Assembly (NCBI GenBank): GCA_977030845.1
Contig: OZ365119.1
Location: 12,834,001 to 12,898,000, forward strand
Direction: 5' to 3'
DNA: 64,000 bases
DNA from: Fimbriosthenelais zetlandica
Taxonomy: Eukaryota
Below are positions 53,532 to 64,000 of this stretch, in pieces. The translations under genes were made by a program, and so were the position numbers. Positions within the stretch are counted from its first letter, which is position 1. The number at the start of each line of letters is the position of its first letter. The notes beneath the pieces were generated by a model that was given only the letters and a program-made list of their open reading frames with translations, did no database searches and was not told the DNA's origin.

Positions 53532-56170
53532 TACTGAACATAAAAAGGCACAACACAGGGAACTCTTTTGTCCAGACTATGTCTCCCGGGTTATAAAGTA
53601 CCAACTAGTATTTGTAATTTACAATGGTCAGATGGTCTTTGATGAGCTTGGCTAGTGATCGCTATTTACTAATCAGTCTTGTACACGTGGGTACTTTGAT
53701 CCAGTAGGGATGGCTGTATGTCTCTTGGCACCTGTAGTACATGTCTGGGTCTAACTCTATACTTTGGCTAGTGTTAACATTGGCCTTGAGATCTGTTCTT
53801 CCGATTACAGCTATACGAGCCATAACTAAACAAAGCCGTATTGCTTAAAAAATAATCTATAATTATTCAAGAGGAACATTTTACACATATATGAGTACAT
53901 GGAGTACAACTCGACATTGATCTGGTTGAGCAGGTGTGTGGCACCTCTCACAGATCTGCTCGTCTTTATTTGAACTTGTTAATATTGACTGTACCCATTG
54001 AAACTGTATTGAGAGAATGTTCAGCAAAAAAAGTGTCGGAGACAAACAAGAACATATGTTAGCAGAGTATCCCGATCCTAGTATGACAATCCTGATTAGG
54101 TTACCATGGCATCCACCATTAATACTCGTGTATGTTAGCCCAACACTGATTGGTTCTTGCCATGCGAAAGGGTCATTCCCATTATGTAACACTGGTTGTG
54201 ATTGGCTGCTGGTCGGGTGGCTTGTGAAGTGTAGGAGGTCCCAGAGTGGCCGTAAATTGTGTTTTTGTTGGAAGGACGCGTGGAGGAATGGACGTGTATG
54301 TGTGTGTGGAATGGGAAATTGACAAGTGGGGGACAAATGAACGTCTACTAGAAGATGGGGGGATATGGGATAACGGATACACTGCAGAAGATATGCATGC
54401 AAGGGCTTGTTCATTTCTATAGAAAACCCTGCAAAAGTAAGAGAACTCGCATTAGAGTTTGATCAGACTTCAATGGTTAGGACTTAAACCGTGATGAATG
54501 TCAGCACTAAAGTCTCTTGGGTCCTAGCTCCCTGAAAAGTACCCTTAGACGACACCCCAAAAGACATTTATACATATATATCTTATATTATATATTATAT
54601 TATATATCTCTATTTATTATTAATACCTCATGGTTTGAATTAAACACGCCACTTTTGGTTGTGTAGGTGGCCATTTTATCGCATTGTCATCATGGCAGTG
54701 TTATGGCTTTAAATCCTGCTACCAAAGCAGCAGTTCCCATCATGCAATGTATTGTTATTTTTCTATCTGTTTTGACCCGGAAGTACTCATACAGGTCAGT
54801 TGAGATGGAGCGATAATACATAGATGGTGTTTTCTTTTTCAGTGATTTGTTTTTGTTCAATAAAATTGTCCAGTGAGTAGAAATGGAGGCCGCCTTTCTG
54901 TCTACTGCTAGGAAACTAACCTTGTTTTTCATGATTGGTGTTATTTCTTCTCTATTTTATTAAATAGAAGAGAAAGCTAGCTACTATCCTAGACGAAGCC
55001 TTATTGAGCGCATCCTCCTGATGTGAGGACAATTAAATATCTCCATGACGAATCACTGAGAATGACCTTCACGGTCGTGTGAAGGTCGGGCAGCCATCTT
55101 TCTTGCCATGGTCTTTCTTTGATGTCTTGTTTTCTTCATTAAAATGTAAATTTTTCCTGATAAAGTATTCGATCCATCATGAATGTCAATTAAGAATTGA
55201 TAGAGATAAAAGTGGAAGCCCTCATCTTCCTGACCTCCTTTGTTTTTGTCACCCTTCTTCCGACTAAACATTAAATCATGAGGAAGGTAGAAGTTTCTGT
55301 GTACAACCTTACATTATTCTCTCTGTATCTGTCTCTCTGTCTATCTCCTCGAAATTGACAGTCTGTCCAGGAAACAGTTCATTCTTCTAAAGAATAAAAA
55401 AACTAATGCTGATTCCCTTCCTTGAACTAAAGTCCATTATTTCAACATTTAGAAAAATTAAAGAAGGGATTAATTTTACCATGGCAGACAATCCAAGTGA
55501 TTTCCTCTGAATTTCTGTCTCATCGTTTGTTATTCATGGGGTCTCTCAAGTGAAGGATTTCAGAACACTAATAGTAAAACATCCCTCATAAACCCTCCCA
55601 ATGAAGAATACCTATGACCGACAACCATGCAACACCTCACCTAAAAACGCCCCATTCTTGTTTTCAATGCCCAACTTCTATTGTATTCTCTTAGAAATTC
55701 ACTCTTTTCACTTAAACACGCTATCTCTGAATGTCTCGAGTTGGGGCTTGAAAACTCTGAAATAACTAAATGGTTCCCTTTATCCTCGTCAGTGTTGTTG
55801 TATTGGGGGTTAACAACCTTTTTCAGTTATCTCATGATGATGCCTACTTGAGTGAGTTCTATATGCTCTGTTAAAGTGATGCCTCAAGTGCTGAGGTATC
55901 ACATCACAGACACATGACCTGATACCTCACCCAGTCACAATATACTGAATCTAGGCGGACTGTCCTCTTTTTGCTGAGTGCCAAACGGGGAGCAACTATA
56001 GTACAAATGTTTAAATCTTTGCTTTGACCCGGATGCTATTTGAGGAAGACACCAATCACACAGATGGTGAAAACTGACTTAACCACACCAATGTTTCAGA
56101 ACAACCATTGGCAATTCTAAGTCTATGGGAAATTTCTACGCTGAAACAGGCCCTTGCAAAGCCAGTGATC

Positions 56171-56297
56171 GAAGGCAATGTAGTAATGCACATAGAAAGA
56201 GCCCCCAGCTGAAAATCATACGAAAACTTGAGTCATCAAGAGTGTGAGCTGGTATTCACCCATAACAGGCTCTATACAAATTCTAACTAAAAAAAAC
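56171..56297 (+). mobile_element. SINE family B, 5'-truncated copy
   Basis: GAAGGCAATGTAG...TTCTAACTAAAAAAAA matches the other copies. Confidence 0.8.
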
Positions 56298-56573
56298 TAA
56301 ATTCATCCTGGAAATGTGGTGTCCACAAACTGTAGAGAGCTTGCCTGAGGATGAGTGTCAGATGAGGGCAGGTCAATGCTCCTACCACTTACTCCGCCTC
56401 TCTATCCGTTCCTCACTCCCTGCTGTTAAGTGGCTGTTTAAGAATTCACCACACCCTACAAGCTGAATGGGATCAATATAATTCTGATGTGTAAATGAGG
56501 GAGGGGAGGAGAAATGGCGGGGATGAAGACAAGCTAGGAATAATATCTCCTTCTAGTCATCTCCCACATATTA

Positions 56574-56693
56574 AGGTACCCACACACTAATCCGATTCTC
56601 TATCCGGCTCCTTCCGGTAGCTGTCCGATACTATATATTTCTGATCACACCCAATGCTTGTAATTTTAACAGACTGTTACACCTAAGTAAGGG
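56574..56693. mobile_element. Harbinger MITE family A, left half
   Basis: TTA|AGGTACCCACACACTAATCCGATTCTCTATCCGGC...; no right TIR. Confidence 0.7.
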
Positions 56694-58650
56694 ACTGTGG
56701 GTCCAAGCATCTTTTAATGTAAAATCAAACCTTGATTTTTTGTCCCGTGGTTGAACTGCCTAATACTGTGAGGTGGTAGCCTGTAAACAAGCACCGATAC
56801 TGACTGAGATAAGACAGTATTCGGCTCTCTGATTAGACAGTATTCCGCTCTCTCTTCCCAAGTTGGAAATTGGGGTCATGTACCAAGGTGCCCCCTGATG
56901 GTGAACACACAAATCAGGATCATTAATCTATTTTTGGTGAACATGTCGGATATGTGAACCCGCACTTTACTATGGAGCAATGAAGAGAGGGTTTTAATTG
57001 GGGTCTGTCCCTGTCCCTGTCCCTGTCCCTGTCCATCCACCATCTTTGCCTTTAGAGCCTATAATTGATGTTTCTAAACCCCCAAGACTCACCCGATACT
57101 CAGAGATGAGAATTTCCTGCTGATCCGCCAAATTGAATCCTCAAAAATATCATTTTTTTAGATGACTGCAAATCCTATGAGATTTTTGTTAGGGACTGAC
57201 AGAGAAAAGTGTCCAGAAATGCCTCAAAAAGCCTTTAAAAGCCCATGAGCTTCCATGTGCTGTGGCCGCTGTGGCCTCACATTGGCCATTGCCACTGGCC
57301 ACTGGTGGGTTTCAGAGTTGGCCCCCTGATTATTTTCCATTGGCCATCCTCATCCCTGTATAATCTGACATTAAGTATAACGTAATGTGCTATAAGTTGA
57401 TATAGATGATGTTATTCCATGATAATGATAAAAATCATCAAGGACATCTAAAATCGTGGAGAACTAACTGCAATCCTGCAGTTTACGACATTTATATGAA
57501 GCTGAGTATTGGGGGTGATTGCCCGGTGTTGTACTATTACAGTATCTGAATATTATGGGATAGAAAGAATCAGACTATTATGGGATGGCAGCTTCTTCTC
57601 AAAACGAGCAGCCCGCACGTAATTACTCCCCCGGGCACCTGAGGGCGCTGTGTTCCCGATTATACCATCATCGTATGGACGTCTAGGGTATAGATGGGCC
57701 ATTTATTGACTGAAGCTTCTATATGGGCAAATACAGCATTCTTTGATGCTCAGACATAACTAAAACAATAACAGCAGATTCCGAGCGTACTCCAATTTGA
57801 CTGACTATAGACTTATTCTGTCTACAACAACTCTTAGTTGGCGATATCTATGGTTCTGTCTGTAATATGGCTCCAGCCTCTGGACCAAAATCCACTTTTC
57901 TGAGCCCTTTTTGAGACTGAGGAAACATTGCTCTGTGTGGGGCTCCAGGCCTGGCATTATTTACACCCTGCCTGGTATTTACACACACACACATCCGGCT
58001 GTTTGACCCTCTACATGATGACAGCCCTGCTACAGATGTATGGTTCACCAAATTCATGCAATTATTGGAGGTTATTCCATGTAAAAATGATAAAGAGGTG
58101 TTAAAGAATGTTACATTTATTGAGTCTCAGTGGGGGATTTAAATTCTCACTCTAAGGGCCCATGTTTATTATAGCACCGCCATTTTCTGACATTGTTACG
58201 CTCGCCAATACACATGGCGATTCAAATTCCATTTGACGCATGCGCATCAGAGCTCCAACTGGGATCCAATTCACTTTATTGATTGGCAAAAATAGTTTCA
58301 TTACAAGACGCTAGGGGTAATGAGTGTTCAATGCAAACCAATTTCTCCCCCGGAAGCCTTTCCTTCTCGTGGCGCCAAGACCTGTTTTGTTCAATGGTGG
58401 ATAGGAGGCGCTGAGGATAGACGGCAATGATTAGAGATAGGGAATCAGGACCTGTCTGCCTACCACTTCCATTCAAACCTTATCAGTACCAGTATCACTG
58501 ATTAGAGCAATATAGCCACTGCTTTCCTCCCAGTTAATAGGAACTGAGAAAAGATTGGGTCATGTGCTGCAGCAGTAAAGAGTCTGCTAATTCACAGTGT
58601 AACGTCAGTGATAAGCCTAACCATTATGACACATGGTGCACGCATGGGTG

Positions 58651-58889
58651 TCATGTAGTTGTGACACTGACACCCGCCATGTAGTTGTGACACTGACACC
58701 CGCCATGTAGTTGTGACACTGACACCCGCCATGTAGTTGTGACACCGACACCCGCCATGTAGTTGTGACACTGACACCCGCCATGTAGTTGTGACACTGA
58801 CTCCCGCCATGTAGTTGTGACACTGACACCCGCCATGTAGTTGTGACACTGACACCCGCCATGTAGTTGTGACACTGACTCCCGCCATG
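58651..58889. repeat. 26-bp minisatellite
   Basis: CATGTAGTTGTGACACTGACACCCGC x~9. Confidence 0.95.
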
Positions 58890-59311
58890 TTGTAAGTTCA
58901 GGTAGGATCATGTCACCCTTGTTTTTACAAACATCTTCAGGATGTACCCAAAAGCAATGTATCTTTATAGACAACTTATTATTGAAGTATCATTGTATGA
59001 AAAGAACTACTAGTGGGCTCTTGTACCGATGTTTTAGTCGATAGTTTGAACCATGGTTTGAACTCCCGACCTTCCACACTCGGGGACTCAGTACCCAGTG
59101 GTTTGTATACATTAAAATTAGTACTGGCTATGTGTATGTAAAAAGCTTTAAGCTTGGACTGGCCTGAAATCCCTCCTTCTATCCTCTGAGATGTCCTGCA
59201 CTCTCCCAGCTCTAATCTCTGAGATGTCCTGCACTCTCCCAGCTCAGCGACATACAAAACGTCTGGATTTAGAGATTAGGAGATAATCTCACAATGTGAC
59301 TCCTCAGTTGC

Positions 59312-59501
59312 CATGGTGACCTTGCTCATGGTGACCTTGCTCATGGTGACCTTGCTCAGGGTGACCTTGCTCATGGTGACCTTGCTCAGGATGACCTTGC
59401 TCAGGGTGACCTTGCTCAGGGTGACCTTGCTCAGGGTGGCCTTGCTCAGGGTGACCTTGCTCAGGGTGACCTTGCTCAGGGTGACCTTGCTCAGGGTGAC
59501 C
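59312..59501. repeat. 15-bp minisatellite
   Basis: GGTGACCTTGCTCA(G/T) x~12. Confidence 0.95.
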
Positions 59502-60907
59502 GATCCTCGGCTGTCAGGGTAGAGAGAAGATTAAGTTAGTGGAAGGTGAACAGGGGAAAGAGATGGTAAAGTGTAATCACTACATCTCGTCAAGGTTCTA
59601 ACCTGGCTATTAACCTGCCCTATGCACCTCCCTCTTAGTCTGAACCTAGAAAATCAGCAATAGGCAGAATACCATGGACGAGCCGCATACATTGTGCCCC
59701 GTGAGACTATGACCCCTTTACACGCAGCTGGTGGGGACACCCTTCTATAATGTTACCTACATTTGTTCTTTTTATATTCTCTACTTTGAACTCAATCTTT
59801 TTCAGTCTACTTCCTTCTTCCATTTGCTCTTTCTTCTGCTTCAGTTAGCACTTCAGTTCGTCATATTTCTATACCTTCTTCTCCTCTTTCAGCATGGCTA
59901 TTTTTTATACTCCGCTGCCTTTTCTCAAGTCTAGGTTTCCTCCTTGTCTCGTCTCTATTCCTCATCCTGTTTTCGTCCTCCTCCATTTTCCGTCTACTTG
60001 TCCTCTGTCACCTTGCTCCCCACTGCTGTCATTTGTCTATTATGAGAGAGTAAAGAGAGGACATAAGGCGGCTATCCTCCCGTGGTCGGATGTGTCCTCC
60101 CTGCACTGCTCACATTGTTTCCCTGTTGACATTTAAGTGACGGGGCTTTTCATGGCAAGGCTGGCAGCCAGGGATGCTCAGGGCAAGGCTGGCAGCCAGG
60201 GATGCTCAGGGCAAGGCTGGCAGCCAGGGAAACTCTGGGCAAGCCGCTTCTCTCCCAGGTCCCGGTCTTCACTGACAGGACACCAACTCTCCCCAGCGTC
60301 TCTATCTCCCTCCTTCTGTCTGTCTGTCTGTCTGTCTCTTTCTTGTTGTTCTCTGTCTGTCTGTCTGTCTCTTTCTCTGTTTCTGCCATATCTCCCTTCC
60401 TATCTGTCTCACCATATCTGTCTCCTTTCTCCCCATGTCTCTTCCTATCTCCCTATGTCCCTTTTGGCCTTTTTTTGTGCCATATTTTGCTAGGTGTCTC
60501 ATCCTGCCCTTCTTCCTCCCATCCTTACATTGATTCCTATAGCAGCTATACTGTCCTTCTATCACCTCTTCACCCAGCCATGTCGCCTCTTCCTCCCATC
60601 CTTGCATTCATTCCCTGTACCAGTTATACTTCCTTCCCCTCATCATTATTTCCAGTACATCATCCATAAAGGAAATGCACCTCCTTAGAAAAAAAGCTCA
60701 GGCACCTCAGCTTTCCTAGTGGAAAACAAGCATGTGCCCAAGGGAGCCAGTAAAAGTGGAGGCAACAGACGCATTATGCCCTTACCAAATCCCTCTCCCC
60801 CCAACCTTCCTCAGACATCAAGACCAAGCTATAGAAATGGACACTGTTCCCATGGGAACGTGCAAACGACGCGAGCAGACGACACGTGCACCCAACCATC
60901 CATCACC

Positions 60908-60950
60908 AAGATGGCCGCCACAGCGCCATCTACAGGCCATACCCGGAAGA
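60908..60950. promoter_or_regulatory. Clustered YY1-, CTCF- and ETS-like motifs
   Basis: AAGATGGCCGCC 60908-60919, minus-strand CCTGTAGATGGCGC 60923-60936 (13/14 to the CTCF core), CCGGAAG directly after. Confidence 0.4.
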
Positions 60951-61928
60951 GATCATGTGACCTTGATGGTCCATCAAGGGTCACCATGGGAGATGGCGGT
61001 GGACAGGGAAGAGATTTTGGCTGGTTGGGGGAAGAACAGAGAGAGGAATATGAGTGGATGGGGTGATGAGAATAACAATGACTATAGGCTTTATGTAAGA
61101 TGAACTGGTAAATACGTGATAAAGATTGAATGAAAGCTGTTATCACAGGTCGGGGATCACCAAGGTATGACCACCTGTAAACCTAGGGTTCCTGGGCCAG
61201 ATCTGGGCGCCCGTCTCTTTCAAGAAATAAAAAGACTTCCAAGGAATTATTTCCTTCATGAACAGTTTGTTAATGAAAGTACACGTGCTGGACATCTTGA
61301 GTCTGCTCCCATCTTGCTATATCTCAGTAGGCTCCGTTGTTATTTTTCCCAAAGTCAAACTTTCCTGTAGTTCAAAAGTAGGATAATTTAAGTTAGTCGG
61401 ATATAATTGTTGCACCAGTGAATACTTTGTGGGAATATAATTATACTCCTGGAAGAATTCTATGATTAAATACATAAGAATTCTATGATTAAATACATAA
61501 GACCAGACAAGTGTATAGAAATTTAATCTACTGAACTGGGCATGCATCCCCATTACTCGTCAATAACTAAGTGCAAAAAAATCCATTGTAGCTGTGAGTG
61601 TGTGTGTATTGGGATGGGGGCTCCAATCAATATATTGACAGTAAGGTCGTCTCACGAGTGCTGCATTGAAATATGGCACGAATATGCATCACCCGTTCAT
61701 GACCTACATTCCCAGACTATTTATTTTAAAATAAGACTAGATGACTATTAGGCTCTGCTATTCCGCCAGTCATTCCTCCACCATGTAAGTGTTGGATCCT
61801 TCTGAACTGCAGCTGCTGCACAGCTTTACGTTAGGTAGTATCTCTGGATATTGTATTCGCAGTCAGGCAGCCATAATGTGTATCTTTGGGTGCATGCGTC
61901 TGATATTCAGTGAGGAAGCTCTGTCTCA

Positions 61929-62024
61929 GAGGATGACCACAGTAGAGGATGACCACAGTAGAGGATGACCACAGTAGAGGATGACCACAGTAGAGGATGA
62001 CCACAGTAGAGGATGACCACAGTA
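61929..62024. repeat. 16-bp tandem repeat
   Basis: GAGGATGACCACAGTA x6. Confidence 0.93.
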
Positions 62025-62173
62025 GTGAAGGCATCCAGAATGACCAGAATCCCCGGATGACCTTTCACCTATTCTCTACCACCTCGGGTAACCCTATATC
62101 ACCAGGATATAACCGACATTAAACTTAAATCCCTCACAATGCACGGGGTGCAGCACACAGACTTCCGCTAGTC

Positions 62174-62351
62174 ATACACACCACGTGTCTACATTTTATC
62201 TTCACAATACACTCTGTAATACACACCACGTGTCTACATTTTATCTTCACAATACACTCTGTAATACACACCACGTGTCTACATTTTATCTTCACAATAC
62301 ACTCTGTAATACACACCACGTGTCTACATTTTATCTTCACAATACACTCTG
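62174..62351. repeat. 45-bp tandem repeat
   Basis: TACACACCACGTGTCTACATTTTATCTTCACAATACACTCTGTAA x4. Confidence 0.93.
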
Positions 62352-62829
62352 CTTGTTTCATTTCCGTTGTGCAGTCTCAGCCAAGGTCATATGATCAGTA
62401 GCGCAACACCTCATTGGACAACGGAGCCTGATTGAGGTCAGGGGTCATAGTGGCCACGTGACCAGTGGAGATTGATACCTGTCAGGGCCCTGAACATGGA
62501 TAATGTGAAACAATTTGTCTGGAGATGCTCACCGCCAGACCGTGGGGCGGTTTTTGTGTTGGGTAATTGCCTCTGTGTAGCCATGGTGACCTGCTTGTTG
62601 CTTTGGTAACGGTATATTTGATAGTTCAGAAGTCTCAACTCAATTTAGTCACAGAGTGTCTGAGTGAGACTGGAAGGGTAGGAGGTGGGGAGGAGTGAGG
62701 AGCATGCCTGGTCAGAATACCAAGATGGTGGCTGCTTCCAGCAACTATCAGATTCTCTCCTGGATTGGACGTATGTCACGTAGTATAGGTATTTTGTTTA
62801 AGTATAAGTTCTATAATTCTATTCCCACC

Positions 62830-62930
62830 AAAAGCTTGTAATTTGAACATTTGAACATCATTGGTTGCCATTAGAAATGGGGAGTTGAGATGGCTATGGA
62901 TTGGAGAATCGGACTAGTGTGTTCCTGGGT
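62830..62930. mobile_element. Harbinger MITE family A, right half
   Basis: GCTTGTAATTTGAACA...GGATTGGAGAATCGGACTAGTGTGTTCCTGGGT|TTA. Confidence 0.65.
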
Positions 62931-64000
62931 TTACATGGAGGCCTCAATGGTTGCCCTCATTAAGCTCGTGTATGAGGGCAAACATGTATTGTTCGTTTTG
63001 GATTCTTGCTCTTTATATCTGCTTCATTCCTTCAGCTCAGTGTCATTTTTACCCCTCTTCGTCGTATTCCATCTCTGCCCTTCACCCTCTATCGTACCCC
63101 ACTACTTCTCTAGGAAATGGAAGAGGCATAAAACCTTTGTGGCTGGAGATTATGCCTGTATAAAAAGCTAATTGATTTTCATCCGAGCAGAGAAGAGTGC
63201 GAGGTGTTTTTGATCGGGGCGGAGAGATGTGGAGAGATTGTCTAGAGGTTTTCAGGGGACCTGTAGTATGCCAATGGGACTTGTTCTCCCCACAGGAGTT
63301 TTTCTTGAGGAAAAGTGAAAAAAAAACTCACTGCACAGAAGTGTGGATTATCTGCTTAAGCTAAACATGTGGACTGGAATTATCAGTGGTGGCTGCAGTC
63401 GGAGGATGATTTGATAAATTATGAACGAGTAAAGACTGGTCGGAGAGAAAAGCAGGGATTGAGACAGGGTGCGAGGTTGATGGTAATCAGGGATAAGGAT
63501 TGACTTTTGAAGTATGTTTCTAAACAGATTTAGATGAAGGTGAAGTGGGCACCGGATGATCTATGTGACTACTGCTAGTCTATAGCTGGATGTGGAGTAT
63601 ATTTTTATACCCACTTTGTAATGTGTTGAATTTTTTATGAGGCCTTAATCTACTTTTAGCGAGATGGCCTACTCACTCTGGTTAAAGCAACCCAGACATC
63701 AAGCCAATGGTTCATTCTCATGCCAAACTTTAATAAAAATGTCTTGTATACATTGGTACAAAGCTCCCATAGGGAAAAATCAGGATACAAAAGTATCAGG
63801 AACCCTATCATGTTAAAGCTGGGAGCAAAAAAATGTATTCTCGGGTTTTGGTATACAAGGTCCCATTTCAAAAGAGGTGGGTTTTCCCTAAACAAAATAA
63901 ACAAGAATGGGAATGTTGGAAAAAGGTGAAGAAAATAATTTCCAAAAGATGTAAGGCTATATTTCTTTGGGTCTTACCGGTTATTAGTCATACTAATCTC

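Noticed and set aside
53881-54414. 177-aa minus-strand ORF and 101-aa plus-strand ORF
   Set aside because: No recognisable motif, splice or promoter signals; I cannot support them as genes.
55064-55087. 9-bp perfect hairpin as a Helitron 3' end or terminator
   Set aside because: No CTRR end or other element boundary nearby; such stems occur by chance in 64 kb.
55700-55870. SGNH-hydrolase-like VVVLGVNNL fragment
   Set aside because: A single short motif in a 34-codon frame; too weak without a search.
63300-63620. Decayed L2/CR1 endonuclease on the minus strand
   Set aside because: Only hints (LAVV..RS, ILIPDY) with stops and frameshifts; insufficient to call.

Overview
This is eukaryotic, intron-rich DNA from a draft assembly with two N gaps. 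The splice sites, YY1/CTCF-like motifs and Harbinger/SINE content suggest a bilaterian invertebrate, but I cannot name the species. Three protein-coding genes can be rebuilt from sequence with consistent splice phases. (1) A large, unrecognised 4-exon zinc-finger gene (+, 960-8799, ~2009 aa) is built from five copies of a paired-C2H2 + N(P/R/A)x(Y/F)xP module separated by low-complexity tracts, including a native (GR)14. (2) Coatomer subunit delta (ARCN1/COPD; -, 15303-20864) has 12 coding exons and 505 aa. (3) Ubiquitin-RPL40 fusion (UBA52; -, 22694-24618) encodes 128 aa and has a 5'TOP non-coding first exon. The best non-coding finding is four tandem SNORD53-like box C/D snoRNAs in one UBA52 intron, next to a duplicated 3' splice site that would create a premature stop. 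From ~26 kb to the end I found no recognisable gene. That region holds minisatellites, PIF/Harbinger MITEs, a tRNA-derived SINE family and decayed LINE-like fragments. There is no CRISPR array or rRNA gene, and no tRNA that I consider intact. All coordinates and family assignments were made by eye and from memory, with no database searches.
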